Below are positions 35,326-47,878 of a stretch of DNA of 64,000 nucleotides, piece after piece. The DNA comes from Histomonas meleagridis 2922-C6/04-290x (lineage: Eukaryota; Protista; Parabasalia), in NCBI GenBank assembly GCA_020184695.1, contig JAANOX010000099.1:310001-374000 (forward strand). The letters are read 5' to 3'. The notes under the pieces are model-generated. The model was not told the origin of the DNA. It ran no database searches and was given only the letters and a program-made list of their open reading frames with translations. The first letter of the stretch is position 1, and each line of letters opens with the position of its first letter. The position numbers and the translations under genes are program-made.

Positions 35326-37077
35326 ATGTATTGCCAACCAAATTTACCAGGTTTTACCCCACATAATCTTCGCAGAACAGATTTTAGGAGAGGGCAATAT
35401 TTCACAGTTTCAAATAATGGATTAACTACAGCAAAGCCACCAAGACAAGAGACATTACAAAAGGAAGTTCAAGAACATAGTCGTCATCTAACATTTTCTG
35501 AAATTAAATATAAAACTGGTGAATTACAAGATCAAGAAAATTCTAATGAATTTGTTCCAACACCACCAGCATTAAAAAGTATTGTACTTCGTTTCTATGC
35601 TTATTTCAAAGAAAACATAGCAGAATCACAAGAGGAAGAAGAACGTGTTCGTTATGTAAAAATTTATGTATATGTTGAAGACAATTCAATAATGATTGAA
35701 GAATCTAAAGTACGTAATTCAGGAATGGAACAAGGTGTTCTACTTCGCCGAATGAAAGTACTCAATCCTAATGCAGAAGTTTATGGTACACCATACAATT
35801 TGTCAGATTTTAATGTTGGTATTAATATTCAAATATATGGAATCACATATCGTATTTACTCATGTGATGAATTCACAGAGAAATATTTCAAGTCAATTGG
35901 TCGAGAACTTGGAGCATTTGAAGAACCACCAGATGATTTGTACTCTATTAAAAGGAAACTTACTGAACGCCCTACACGAGTTACACATATTAATACCGAC
36001 AAAACACATCTACGCCAATTCTTAGACTTTGACGGTAAAGTTCTTAGGTTTTATGTGGTATGGGACGATAGCAAGTCACTTTTTGGCGAAAAACGGAAAT
36101 TTATTTTACACTATTTCCTTGTTGATGATACGATTGAAATTCGCCAAGTTTTACCACAAAACTCAGGTCGTGATCCTGTATCTCAATTCCTAAGCAAGAC
36201 CAAACTAAAAAAGCCAAATAGTACAGAATATTATACCGATTCTGATTTATATATTGGCCAAAAAATAAATGTTTTTGGCCGTGAATTCCTTATATATGAC
36301 GCAGACAAATTTACCAGAGAATTTTTGGATAAAAAATATGGAAAGAAAGATTGGACACAAATCAATGTTGATGGAGAACAAACAAACCAACAAATCACAA
36401 CACAAATCCAAATTCCACCTTATAATGGATGGGGAAATGAAGAAGATTCGGTTGGAAATTGTTTGTCATTACATCCTAAACAACCTACAAAAGATATTGT
36501 TAAACTTATACAAAAGAGCAATGATATTTTAAGGTTCTCTGCAAGATTTAAGAACCCTCAAATGCAAGATCGAGATCGAAAATTTGTAATTGCATTTTAT
36601 GAAGCTGATGATACTTTAGCAGTATTCGAAACAGTTCAAAGAAATTCTGGATTTAAGGGTGGGAAATTCTTACAAAAAGGCAAATATAAGAATGTTAATG
36701 CTGGAAATAGATATTTTCAAGCTTCAGATTTCTTTATTGGAGCTGAAGTTGTTATTAATTATTATTGTTTTGTAATTGACGCCGCTGATGAATTGGCTCA
36801 AGAATTAATGGAAGCAGAACCTGATAGATTTCCGAAATCTGATTTGTTTGAAATAATGGCAATGATCAAGAGATGTTATCCTGATGGAATAACAAGATTA
36901 AAGCCTATTTTCGAACAATTAGATACTGATAAGGATGGACTAATACCTGCTCAAAACGTAATGAAATATTTAGAAAGTGAGTTTGGTTTACAGAAACAAG
37001 AAGTGTCTACAATAATGAGAAGATATAGTAAGAATCGTTGGTTTGATTACAAAGCATTTTTGTTGGGTTTATGTTGA
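35326..37077 (+). CDS. EFHC1: EFHC1/Rib72 axonemal protein (3 DM10 domains + EF-hand)
   Basis: Three VLRF(Y/S)A...D(N/D)(S/T)IxI DM10 units, PPYNGWG.EEDS, EF-hand DTDKDGLI. Confidence 0.93.
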   Translation: MYCQPNLPGFTPHNLRRTDFRRGQYFTVSNNGLTTAKPPRQETLQKEVQEHSRHLTFSEIKYKTGELQDQENSNEFVPTPPALKSIVLRFYAYFKENIAESQEEEERVRYVKIYVYVEDNSIMIEESKVRNSGMEQGVLLRRMKVLNPNAEVYGTPYNLSDFNVGINIQIYGITYRIYSCDEFTEKYFKSIGRELGAFEEPPDDLYSIKRKLTERPTRVTHINTDKTHLRQFLDFDGKVLRFYVVWDDSKSLFGEKRKFILHYFLVDDTIEIRQVLPQNSGRDPVSQFLSKTKLKKPNSTEYYTDSDLYIGQKINVFGREFLIYDADKFTREFLDKKYGKKDWTQINVDGEQTNQQITTQIQIPPYNGWGNEEDSVGNCLSLHPKQPTKDIVKLIQKSNDILRFSARFKNPQMQDRDRKFVIAFYEADDTLAVFETVQRNSGFKGGKFLQKGKYKNVNAGNRYFQASDFFIGAEVVINYYCFVIDAADELAQELMEAEPDRFPKSDLFEIMAMIKRCYPDGITRLKPIFEQLDTDKDGLIPAQNVMKYLESEFGLQKQEVSTIMRRYSKNRWFDYKAFLLGLC

Positions 37078-37141
37078 AATAAATTCTATAGTTTACACTT
37101 TACTTTTTGGAATTAATAAACGATCTTTTAAAGAACCTGAA

Positions 37142-39940
37142 ATGGATTTTATTACTACGTCTTCTGGTTATGATATGAACTTAGAGAAACAAATCGAAGA
37201 AAAAGATACAGAAATAACTAAACTGAAACAAAAAAATCAAGAGTTAGAACAAGAAATTGAATCATTAAAACTTAATGATGTGGCATTATTTTCAAAGGAA
37301 ATTGATGAAATTTTCCAAAAAAATAATGAACTGAAAGCACAGAATAGTGATTTATCAACAAAAATTATGGAACAAAATAAAAAGATTGAATTAATCATAG
37401 AAACTAACAAAGAGCTCCATGAAAAACTCGAAAAAGAGAAGGCAAGTGCCGAGTCTTATATTAGGGATCAAGTTGAAAATTTAAATAAGCAAATGGACCA
37501 AAAGCAAGATGAATATGATGCTAAAATTAATGAATATGAGAGAAAGATCAAATCCCTTAATGAAAAATTACGGAATATAATTTCTCAAAAAGACTCAATT
37601 TCTAAAATGATTGAAATTTTCATGCAAAAAACTGCTCAAATTACTAACACTCCAATTCGTACGTTTGATGATATATTTTTATTTATTGAAGAAATGCAAA
37701 ATAAACAAATTCCAGAAAAATCTGTTATTGATAATTCTGAAACCTCTGAAATAAAAAAACTTAAGCGCAAAATCAGCAAACTAAAGCAATACAATCAAGA
37801 AACAAAAGCAGCAAACAAATCTCAACAAGAAAAATTTAATTCATTGATTTTTGATTTACAAAAAAGCAAAGAGAATTCTGAATCTACAATTAACTCACTT
37901 AAAAGTTTAATTAGGAAAATGGAAAATGATCAAAAAATCAAAGAAACAGACTATGATTTCAAGATTCAAACGTTAACAGACATGAATAATGAACTTCAAA
38001 AGCAAATTAACAATTTCCAACAACAAAATGATATCAAAGATAAAACGCCAACAGAAAGTGAATTAAATGATCAAGAAGAAATGCACCAATTAGCTTTTTC
38101 CAATAATAAGTTAAATATAAAAGTTGCTAACCAGAAAAAACAAATTAAACAACTAAAAAATGAACTTAAAAAATATTCACAAAATGTTAAAGAAGCCAAA
38201 GACAATCAAAAGTTGAGTAAACTTAAAATCACACATCTTACTGAAGAAAAATCAAAACTTGAAAAGGATTCAATAACAGCAAAAGTAACAATCGATGAGA
38301 TGAAAAATGACATCGAAATGCTTGAAGACAATTGTAAAAGCTTAAAAGAAAATCTTGATAAATCTCGTAATGAAAATACTCAACTAAAGGAAAAAATTAA
38401 ATCTCTTGATAATTCTATTGCGAACTATAAAGATAAAATTACATCGCTTCAAGATGAAAAGAATTTAAATGAAAACTTAATTCTCTCTAATAAAAATCAT
38501 AATGAAGAATTAGAACAAGCCAATAGAAATCTTAAAATTAAAATACAAGAATTAGAAGATAAAATAGAAAAAGAATCAGCAACACATAATACTAAACCAG
38601 TTGTTGAAGTTATTCCATCAAATGTTTGGAATTGTACAGATTTTCCAAATTCGTTATCAAAGACAGTATTTGAAATTGGTTCAAATAATTCGATATCTAC
38701 ATCAAATAAGATCAAACAATCTATGAATACTATAGCAACATACTTCAATAATATAATAGAAAAGTTAAATTCTACAATTAAAGAAACTGAAACACAATAC
38801 GCCAAAATTCTTAATGTAATCAAAAGTGCAATTTATTTATTAAACGGAAATTTTGATGAACAAAACATTACAAGTGAATATATTGAAAGTTTAATTAAAA
38901 ACATCGAAGATCAATTTAATCAAATAAAGAAAGATATGCGTAATCAAGAAGATTCATTAAAGAAAGAAATACTTCAAAAAGAAAAACAAATTTCCACGCA
39001 AACGGAAAAATTAAATTCGATTTTATCACATTGTAAACATTATAAATCATTAAACAAAAAACTAAAGAAACATGTTGAAAGTAAACAACTTGAATTTAAT
39101 ACAATAATTCAAAACTATGAACATGAAACAAATAAACAACGTAAGCAACTGAATGAAGCAGAAGAAAAACTTGATGAACATATATATAAAGTTGCTGAAC
39201 TTGAAACATTATTAAAGCATAAAGAAGAAATCATTTCGAATCTAAAATCCGAAAAAACTAATTCACAGCCACAAATTAAAACATTAAATTCAATAAATGA
39301 TAATGAAAAAGATAAAGAAAAAGATCGAATCATAAATTCATTACAAAAATCACTTGAAGAAATAAATATTAAATTTGAAAATGCAAAACAATTCATAAAA
39401 ATACTTAAACAACGTAATAATAAACTTGTGGATGCATTAAATAATAATGAAAAGAAACAATTAACTGAAATCGAACAAATTAAAGAAAATCATAATTACG
39501 CAATAAGAAATATGCAACGCGAAACTCAAAGCGAAACAGAAAAACTACGAAACGAAAACTTAAGAAAAGATGAAAACATCGAAAAGAATAAACAACAAAT
39601 CGTAATTTTGCAAACGAAAAATGATAATTTGGAAAAAGAAAAAAGAGAACTCGAAGAAGAAAAGAATCAACTGATCGATAAAATGGAAAAAATAAAGAAA
39701 AAAGCTGAAAGAGAAAAAAATTTCGCAGACATGAAAAGAAAATTGGAAATGCACGCGGAGAAGGAAAAAATGAATGATATGATAGAAAATGCAAAGTTCG
39801 AGTTTGAACAAAAGAAAAAGGCAATTATATACTTCGCTGTGGAACATTTGAAGCAATTTTATGATCCGAAAAATGACATAGATGAGAAGGCGTTTAAGGA
39901 AATTATACAAAAGGCTGAAATGCAGCTGAAAAAGGTGTAA
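37142..39940 (+). CDS. Coiled-coil protein
   Basis: About 930 aa, K/E/N-rich heptads; first ATG at 37142. Confidence 0.85.
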   Translation: MDFITTSSGYDMNLEKQIEEKDTEITKLKQKNQELEQEIESLKLNDVALFSKEIDEIFQKNNELKAQNSDLSTKIMEQNKKIELIIETNKELHEKLEKEKASAESYIRDQVENLNKQMDQKQDEYDAKINEYERKIKSLNEKLRNIISQKDSISKMIEIFMQKTAQITNTPIRTFDDIFLFIEEMQNKQIPEKSVIDNSETSEIKKLKRKISKLKQYNQETKAANKSQQEKFNSLIFDLQKSKENSESTINSLKSLIRKMENDQKIKETDYDFKIQTLTDMNNELQKQINNFQQQNDIKDKTPTESELNDQEEMHQLAFSNNKLNIKVANQKKQIKQLKNELKKYSQNVKEAKDNQKLSKLKITHLTEEKSKLEKDSITAKVTIDEMKNDIEMLEDNCKSLKENLDKSRNENTQLKEKIKSLDNSIANYKDKITSLQDEKNLNENLILSNKNHNEELEQANRNLKIKIQELEDKIEKESATHNTKPVVEVIPSNVWNCTDFPNSLSKTVFEIGSNNSISTSNKIKQSMNTIATYFNNIIEKLNSTIKETETQYAKILNVIKSAIYLLNGNFDEQNITSEYIESLIKNIEDQFNQIKKDMRNQEDSLKKEILQKEKQISTQTEKLNSILSHCKHYKSLNKKLKKHVESKQLEFNTIIQNYEHETNKQRKQLNEAEEKLDEHIYKVAELETLLKHKEEIISNLKSEKTNSQPQIKTLNSINDNEKDKEKDRIINSLQKSLEEINIKFENAKQFIKILKQRNNKLVDALNNNEKKQLTEIEQIKENHNYAIRNMQRETQSETEKLRNENLRKDENIEKNKQQIVILQTKNDNLEKEKRELEEEKNQLIDKMEKIKKKAEREKNFADMKRKLEMHAEKEKMNDMIENAKFEFEQKKKAIIYFAVEHLKQFYDPKNDIDEKAFKEIIQKAEMQLKKV

Positions 39941-40173
39941 AATTTAATTGTTAAATTTATTATTAAATAAAAATTTATTAACTCTATAAACACATTTACA
40001 TGAAAAAAAAAATTCAAAGTTGTTATTACTTAAATGGCTCTCAAAAGAAGTATTTACTATCATGTAAAAAATTGATTTTATAAGTATATTTCAAAATTTT
40101 TATGATATTAAGATTTTTTCGATAAACAATAGAAAAAAAAATATTAATAAATTTAACAAAACGTTTATATAAT

Positions 40174-42267
40174 TCAAGAATAATGGTTCTTTGCAAAATC
40201 ACTTAACTTACCATATTCCAAAGTCCCATTTTTGGCTCCATCATCAGATAACACTTGTGTACAATAAGAATCCCAATGATGATCAGTTGAACATAACGCA
40301 GCCATATAACATGTTTCTTCGAATGGATTTGATAAATGAAATGGAGAATACGGCACTGATATAGCAGCTGAGTTTTCGATTAAAGGATCACTTTCATAAA
40401 TGAAAGAATTATTCCAATATATATTAATCATGTTTGGCTGCTTATGATGTTTTTTTAATATTGAATAATTTGCATGTACATATTCAGGATTTAATGCAAC
40501 ATTATTAAACATAATTCCTCTCATATTTTTTACATCGAAAGCTTTAACAAAATAAGCAGGAACGCCATGAGATATTACATAATGTTTTGTATCATTAATG
40601 ATATTTTTAGAATAATATACATATTGATCACCTTCAAATTGTGATATTGTAGTTATAGCAAAAAGATACTGTGATATTCGAATTATATCTACAAATAAAT
40701 TGGAAAGAAAATAATATATTGCCCTATAGAATGGTACAATTGAAGTAATAAGAGAAGATGAATGTTTACGTGTTAAAAGTTCTTCTAAATTACCAATATC
40801 TTGAAGTGTTAGATTAGTTCCGTATACTTCATAATATTCTTGATTATCGTTTAATATAATTTCTAAGTTATATGGAATTTCATTAACATAATATCTTGGC
40901 TCTTTTGGTTCTTCATGTTTTTCAATAACAGTTAAATTAAACTTTTCTCTTGTTATATATTTAAGTGTTGCTTGAACAACTTTTGGATTTACAATTATAT
41001 ATTTTAATGTATTTAGTGCTGATGCTTGAATTATATCTAAACTTCCAATTCGATATGAACAAAGTGGTGGTTTCTGAGTTAATATATGAAAATCATTTCT
41101 ATTATCATATTGTTTATATTCTAATTGTGATACATTTGGTGTTTTATAAATTTTTCGTTGAAATATTACAATTAATACAACTGAAATAATGAGAATAATA
41201 AAAATGATAAGTTTTACTTTTTTGATCTTATGAATTGTCGGCATTTTCGCAAATTTTTCATCGCAGAAAAATGGAACTGTAAAAAATACAATAGCTGAAA
41301 ATGGAAATGTGATTCCAAGAAATGCAATATTATAAGAATATCTATTTAAATCAGCCATTCCTCTTTCATGTAAATCAAAAAATATACCAATTTGTAATAA
41401 AAAGCAAAAGTAGGCTGCAAATTTCTTACCTAATGCGAACGCTATATCTTTGTGATCATTTTTACATGAAAAAAACCATTCTTGATATAAATTAGTTTCT
41501 GGACTATCTAAAAATGTTATCCATTCATCTAAATTCATTAAATCTGATGGATCATAAAGCTCTTGAGGAATAATAAACCATTTACACTTTGTTTTGTTTT
41601 GTTTTATATTAATTTCAAATTCACTACTTTCTTCTAATAATGATTTATCAATTGCTGTATATTCATATTTTTTATTGATATTCCTATAAATAAAGACTTT
41701 CCAAGCATGAAAAAAAACTTTTACGATACCAATAAAAGGAGGAATCAAACCGATGAATAACAAATATGTTGATTTGTATATAATATCGGTTGTAAAAGAA
41801 TGTCTGATAAAATCTAAAATTATAAGTACTATAGCACCAATATGATAAAGACCAAAAAGACTGCATTGAATGAAAAAATTACATTTTGAAACAGAAGGAT
41901 CTTGTAAATATTCATTTGCTTTTGCAATTGCTTTCGTTGGACTTAGTTTTGACCATATGTTTGAAAAAAATGATTTAACAATCTTTATTACAATGTATAT
42001 AAATAATTCAATAACAGGACCAAGAAGAATAACATTAACAATAGTAATAACAAATTTCTTACCCCATGCTTGATTTGTATATAAACTATGCGTCAAACAA
42101 CTCGCACTGATATCAGAAATAAGAATAACAAATATTGGTATTGTTACAATAGTAATTACTATCATCGAAAAATATACAGAAGTAAGTGAAAATATAACTG
42201 TTAAACAATATAAAATACTGCATATCAGGGTAGAAAAAGAGAAGCCACTGCATACTTCTTTTGGCAT
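40174..42267 (-). CDS. Multi-pass membrane hypothetical protein
   Basis: 697 aa with roughly 7-9 hydrophobic segments and a soluble C-terminal region. Confidence 0.75.
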   Translation of the reverse strand: MPKEVCSGFSFSTLICSILYCLTVIFSLTSVYFSMIVITIVTIPIFVILISDISASCLTHSLYTNQAWGKKFVITIVNVILLGPVIELFIYIVIKIVKSFFSNIWSKLSPTKAIAKANEYLQDPSVSKCNFFIQCSLFGLYHIGAIVLIILDFIRHSFTTDIIYKSTYLLFIGLIPPFIGIVKVFFHAWKVFIYRNINKKYEYTAIDKSLLEESSEFEINIKQNKTKCKWFIIPQELYDPSDLMNLDEWITFLDSPETNLYQEWFFSCKNDHKDIAFALGKKFAAYFCFLLQIGIFFDLHERGMADLNRYSYNIAFLGITFPFSAIVFFTVPFFCDEKFAKMPTIHKIKKVKLIIFIILIISVVLIVIFQRKIYKTPNVSQLEYKQYDNRNDFHILTQKPPLCSYRIGSLDIIQASALNTLKYIIVNPKVVQATLKYITREKFNLTVIEKHEEPKEPRYYVNEIPYNLEIILNDNQEYYEVYGTNLTLQDIGNLEELLTRKHSSSLITSIVPFYRAIYYFLSNLFVDIIRISQYLFAITTISQFEGDQYVYYSKNIINDTKHYVISHGVPAYFVKAFDVKNMRGIMFNNVALNPEYVHANYSILKKHHKQPNMINIYWNNSFIYESDPLIENSAAISVPYSPFHLSNPFEETCYMAALCSTDHHWDSYCTQVLSDDGAKNGTLEYGKLSDFAKNHYS

Positions 42268-42798
42268 TAACTTTAAAAAGGCAAAATGAAGTCAAACGGA
42301 GTGGTCATTTCTTTGTAACCAAAAAGTGTATTCAAAAAGTTTAAATTCACAAAAAATCGAAAGTGGTCAGAAATTAATTTTAAATAGTTTACAAATAAAT
42401 TTTTTTAATAAATTAATTGAATAATTCAGAATTTTGCCATTGAAAATCCTATTGCTTTGTTTTCATTTGCACTTTATATATCTACTGAATGGTTTGACAA
42501 ATGTTTAAATAATGAGATTAACATAATTTATGGAATGATTTTTTTGAATTATGATCGTTAACCTACAGAAAAAATTTACTATAATTATGATGTATCTTTA
42601 TGTTGAAAGTGAATCAATTTTATCCTATATCATATATATGTAATATATTATGCTTCTGTTATGAATATTTCTTATCATTTGAATACATGTACATGAAATT
42701 AAAGATTTAATAAATTAACAAATTAAAATTTATTTCGATACACAACAAACATACAATAATTTCATAAAAAAATCAAAACGTTATATATATTATATTTA

Positions 42799-45700
42799 TT
42801 ACACATTATTTTTAAAAGTATTTTTCAATATTTTCTGAAATATCGAAGTTTTTTGTGCGCAAATTTCTTGTATTAATTTATCATTATAAAACAACGAAAC
42901 TTTATCATCTCCGTTCCACACCGCATTTGTTGGTATTCCATCGAATTCGAATCTTATTGAACTTGACAATTCGAATTTCTCCTTATTCTTTAATATTATT
43001 GCTGATTCGACCCACGTCAGCATTTTCTCAGCAGGGGAAATAACAATAAATCGTTTTCCATTTGGGGAAACTGAAACGAATGAAATTGGTTCTTTCGAAA
43101 TTTCGATTTTCCAAATTATCAAAGCAGTTTCAGTTGACGAAACAATTATATTACCATAGTTATCACCGAAGACAACAAATTTTTTAGCGGAAGTGAAAAA
43201 TGGAATTTTTTCTTCGATAATTTTAAAAATTGCGTTTAAATTAATTTGTGAATTTTTTTGTGTCACACTTATAATATGATTAATGAAAAAGAGAATTAAA
43301 TCTCGATCATTCGGATTCCATTTTTTAAAGAGCATTTCAATGAAATGTAAATATTGTGGAATTAAAATTATTTTATCGAAGAATTCGATTGGTGATATTA
43401 TTGCAAAAGGTATAATTTGTTGTTCATATATATAACCATTTGATATACCATTAATCATTTCTTCGAAGAATTTGTTTATATCATTAATATAAACTCGAAA
43501 ATTTTGATATGATTCAGATAATAAATCAATGATTTCGGAATTTTCGAATAAAAAAGGAAACAAATTTTCAGAACATTTTAACCCGAATTCATTTGATAAC
43601 TTAAATTTCTTACAATGAATTAATGCAAATGGTAATATAATTCTCCAATCATTAAACAAGTTTTGGATGTTTTTAATTATTTCTAATCCTTGTTCACACG
43701 TCAAAGAATTATAATACATTTTAATTAATCCGATTACTATTTCACGCATTGAATCATTTGGTGATATTAACCAATTCGCTAACATGAAAATCGATGGTGA
43801 AACAGCTTCGATTAATAACTTCGATGTAACTGATTGTGATATAAATGATATAATTGATAATGAATTATCATTCTTCGATTCAGAAAAGCATTGTCCTGTC
43901 GATGATGATATTACTGCTTGAATAGCTGAAAGATTCGGCGATATCGAAAATGCAATGTTTAATGCTTCTTCATCTTCTTTATTATATAATGGTAATGTTA
44001 CCGTATAATTATCACCGGCTATAGCATATGTAAATGTATCTAATACATTAACTTGATCACAAATATCTAATTTTCCTTTTCCTATATGAAATTTCCATAA
44101 AAGTTTTAATGGTATAAATAATGGATTTGTTCGAATCGGTAAATTATCAAAGGAATCAAATGAATCAAAAAAATCCATAGCATCAAATATTAACGCAAAT
44201 GTTTGACAATTCGGTATTATTAAGTTTCGTATTTGCGCAAAAACTGGTTCTTTATATTCTAATGATGATTGTTGATTATCTAAAGCAGGCGCACTCATAG
44301 CTTTTTTAATTGGGACTTTATCGTCAATGTATTTCATTTTTAAGATTTCCTTATTCCGATTTATCGATACTAACTCACCTTTAATATTATACACATAAAC
44401 AAAAGGAGATTCACATTTCAAATAAAACAAAGATTTATAATATATTATATCTGTTATCGGATAACTAATTTCAGAAAAAACCATTATCGAAGTTAAATTT
44501 CGTGTATCAACTAATGAAAATGAATAATTTGCAATGAATATTATCCATTTTCTTTTCGAATTATATTTCGCTTTTTTGATTGGCTCAAATAAATCATGAA
44601 ATTCTGCCAACTTATGATTATTCCATGCAATAATTGAGCCATCAATAGCAAAAGAAAAAAACATTTTACCATTTGGTGGCGAATATAATAAATTTGCATT
44701 TTTATGTGTTCCAATTGGTTTATTAAAATCATCCAAATAAACATTATCATTAATATCAATTCGTGCTTCATGTTTTATTAAGTTATTATGACTACTAATT
44801 GCACATTTACAACGATATTTAGTTGTAAAACATTTTGATAAATCACATATAATATCATTTTCATTTTTAGATGAATGAAAATTTAATATTGACTTAGAAG
44901 GCGAATAAATTATAAATCCTTCACTAGTGATATATATTGGATGATTCATTTTACCATTAAATGTTAATATTTTTTTTGGTGGATTTATTTTTGTTAAATC
45001 AATTTTTATCCCTTCTTTAGTTACTTGTGATCGAATTGTTCTATTAGAATTACCATCAAATGAATAAACATTAAAAAATGAACTTTTGGTTGTAATCCTA
45101 TCAAAAATATTCGTTTTTGAATATTGAATACTTTCCAAATTTGGGAGCTCCCAAATTTCTATTACACCGCCAACGGTTTTGATATAAAAAGTTGTATCGT
45201 TGACCCATCGACCTTCTGAAAAAAAATCAAATTCAAATTCAATTTCTTTTTGATAAAGAATTTCATCGGAGTAATATATAAACCATTTATCAGGCGTAAC
45301 TTGAAGAATATAATCAAGGCCTGGGGATAAAATAGAATCGCAAAAAGATGAATCAGTATTTAAGCAATATGAGTATGTACAAACAACAGAATTCCCAAAA
45401 AATGAAAAAACTGAATTTGTTCCATCAGCACATGAAGCACAGTGAAGTTGTCCATGGCCATTAAAAAATGTAATAAGAGAAGAAAATCCAGAAATTCGTG
45501 AAAGAAGAGTTCCTGATTTGATATCTGCTATTTCTATTGTGCCAATTGATTGTGAAGCAATCATTAATGAAGTCTTGGTTTGATGCGATGATAAAAACTC
45601 GGATCCCTCTGAAAATAATTTCTGATGATTTAAAATAATGGTAAAATCTTGAACAGATATAATTGAAAGTGTTCCATCTATTGACAAAGAGGCAATGGAT

Positions 45701-46026
45701 GGATCATATAAAAGATGTGTATAATTTGTTATGGACGTTACTTTTGAGTCATGCCCAAAAATAAAGCAAATTGGTATGACATTTAATATTTCATTATTCT
45801 GTGAATGTATTTGATATGCAACAATTTGCCCTGTGGTTGTGCCACAAAAAAGTGTGGATGAAATAAGAGGATTTGACCAGATATAACTTTTTTTGATCAA
45901 TTTATGATTAAACTTAACAGAAAAAAAAGTCGAAAAATCGAGTTGTGGACATGTTTGATCAGTCCAAGAATTAAATGCTACAGCAAGTAAGGAAGGATAT
46001 TGAAATTTTTCCTTGAACTTGCCCAT
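42799..46026 (-). CDS. WD40-repeat protein, WDR7/WDR72 (rabconnectin-3beta)-like
   Basis: CGTTTGQIVAY...PICFIFGHDSKVTSI...SLSIDGTLSI; further beta-propeller segments centrally and at the C-terminus. Confidence 0.65.
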   Translation of the reverse strand: MGKFKEKFQYPSLLAVAFNSWTDQTCPQLDFSTFFSVKFNHKLIKKSYIWSNPLISSTLFCGTTTGQIVAYQIHSQNNEILNVIPICFIFGHDSKVTSITNYTHLLYDPSIASLSIDGTLSIISVQDFTIILNHQKLFSEGSEFLSSHQTKTSLMIASQSIGTIEIADIKSGTLLSRISGFSSLITFFNGHGQLHCASCADGTNSVFSFFGNSVVCTYSYCLNTDSSFCDSILSPGLDYILQVTPDKWFIYYSDEILYQKEIEFEFDFFSEGRWVNDTTFYIKTVGGVIEIWELPNLESIQYSKTNIFDRITTKSSFFNVYSFDGNSNRTIRSQVTKEGIKIDLTKINPPKKILTFNGKMNHPIYITSEGFIIYSPSKSILNFHSSKNENDIICDLSKCFTTKYRCKCAISSHNNLIKHEARIDINDNVYLDDFNKPIGTHKNANLLYSPPNGKMFFSFAIDGSIIAWNNHKLAEFHDLFEPIKKAKYNSKRKWIIFIANYSFSLVDTRNLTSIMVFSEISYPITDIIYYKSLFYLKCESPFVYVYNIKGELVSINRNKEILKMKYIDDKVPIKKAMSAPALDNQQSSLEYKEPVFAQIRNLIIPNCQTFALIFDAMDFFDSFDSFDNLPIRTNPLFIPLKLLWKFHIGKGKLDICDQVNVLDTFTYAIAGDNYTVTLPLYNKEDEEALNIAFSISPNLSAIQAVISSSTGQCFSESKNDNSLSIISFISQSVTSKLLIEAVSPSIFMLANWLISPNDSMREIVIGLIKMYYNSLTCEQGLEIIKNIQNLFNDWRIILPFALIHCKKFKLSNEFGLKCSENLFPFLFENSEIIDLLSESYQNFRVYINDINKFFEEMINGISNGYIYEQQIIPFAIISPIEFFDKIILIPQYLHFIEMLFKKWNPNDRDLILFFINHIISVTQKNSQINLNAIFKIIEEKIPFFTSAKKFVVFGDNYGNIIVSSTETALIIWKIEISKEPISFVSVSPNGKRFIVISPAEKMLTWVESAIILKNKEKFELSSSIRFEFDGIPTNAVWNGDDKVSLFYNDKLIQEICAQKTSIFQKILKNTFKNNV

Positions 46027-46798
46027 CTCTTTTGTTAGGGAAGCGCTTATTTTGAATACTCAACGACTGAAAAGTAATAAACTTTTTAACCTTCTTTTGT
46101 AAAGTGGCATAACCGAGAAATACACACAATCCTTTGTAAACAGCGCTTAATGACTGCTTTACGTGACATATCGTAGACTGATAATTCAATGGGAAATTAA
46201 ATGCATAACAATCGTATCCGATCGTTATTTATTGAAATAATGGCTATGTGGGATGAAAAAATCTGATGCAAAAAGGAGTAATTAATAATGATCACAATGG
46301 TGAACATCCGCTATGGCTGAATAAATATAATCTACATATTAATTGGCCAAGCAAGGACTACTTATTTATACTACATTTGAAAGAGTCATGAAAAAAAATG
46401 TTTTAAATTTTTTTTTGATTTTTAATATATGAATTCATGATTCGAATTGTCATTAATTCGATAAAAATTTTTTTACAGCAATGCAATTTACTTTTTTGAT
46501 TAATTGATCTTATGGTTTTGGAATGATCCTTTCACTCAGTGTATTAAAAGTTTACAGTGTTTATGCATTTCTATATTTTACATTGAATTGAATATTTTCC
46601 ACAAATTTATTGTCAATTGTAAACTATTCAAAAATCAAAAAAAGAATCGTTCATTTCACTTTTTAATTGATGACCAAATGTTTATCAGAATTTTTGTTTT
46701 GACTTAATCCTTTTCAAAAAGTCGACCATTTTGTATTCTTTACGTAAATTAATGCAGCTCAAATTTTATCGCACATATCATTTCATAGTGTGACTTAG

Positions 46799-47539
46799 AT
46801 GAAAGAATATACTCCACACCTCTGGACTACTGAGGAAAGAGAAATAGCATGGGCAGCTGTAACTTATGCAAGACGTGGTTTGAAATTATCAATTTCTCCA
46901 TGCATTGCAAAATCGTTTACTTTTTTACACAAATACTTTGCAAAAATAGATAGAGAGCCTGCACATTTATATGTATTAATGGTATCATCTGTATTTTTGT
47001 CATGCAAAATTGAAGATGCTTATCGATCGTTACCATTAATATTCCAAGAAATTTTCAAAAGCATTTTGGAAATCCAAAAAATAGTTGGATGGGAAAAAAT
47101 AATTCAAACATTTGGACCGAGAGATTATAACTGTCCATTTGTAACAGATGAAGAAAAAATGCAAATTGTTCATTACGAGATTATGTTCCTAAACATCGTG
47201 AACTGGAACCCAGATATTGATCTTCCTTTCAAATACTTTAATGCAACACAACCAGTTTTTCGTGACATTGAAAATGATAATTCAGAAAATACAGAAAATA
47301 TTTGTAATTTTGTTATGAGGGATCTCTGCTTAATTCTGAGAAATGAAAATTACTTAAACATACATCCAATTGTTTCAGTTGCAGCATCCATATTACATTT
47401 ATATGGGCAGAGACCTCTTCCAAAATTAACACAAGCATGGGTCAACAACATAAAGAGGAATTACCCAGAAGAACTTGACCTTGCACTTTTAGTATTGTAT
47501 AAAGAATCAAATCGGTGTGTTCCATGTCATTCAAAATGA
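46799..47539 (+). CDS. Transcriptional-type cyclin (T/K/L/H-like fold)
   Basis: FTFLHKYF, VFLSCKIEDAYRSL, EIMFLNIVNWNPDIDLPFKY. Confidence 0.75.
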   Translation: MKEYTPHLWTTEEREIAWAAVTYARRGLKLSISPCIAKSFTFLHKYFAKIDREPAHLYVLMVSSVFLSCKIEDAYRSLPLIFQEIFKSILEIQKIVGWEKIIQTFGPRDYNCPFVTDEEKMQIVHYEIMFLNIVNWNPDIDLPFKYFNATQPVFRDIENDNSENTENICNFVMRDLCLILRNENYLNIHPIVSVAASILHLYGQRPLPKLTQAWVNNIKRNYPEELDLALLVLYKESNRCVPCHSK

Positions 47540-47878
47540 ATTAATTTTGACTAAGTTTGTTTATAAATATTGTTCTTTATCATTCTGATTTTTTTTTTGA
47601 TATCATTAATCATCCAATTAGATAAAATACATTAAATTCATTAACTATTACTTTATTATGCTAAGAAGATTTTTTTTATGCAAAATATTTTCTTCGAAAT
47701 TTGTTGATAAATTATCATACTTTGTTTTTTATATATTATTGCCTGTAAACAAAAGATATTAATGAGTTATTAGGTTTATTGCTATATTAATTAACATAAT
47801 TAATTAAATTATAAGAAAAAAGAAAATTATTGGAAAAAACCGTTGTTTGATGTATTTTTTGATGTTCAAATTAATTTT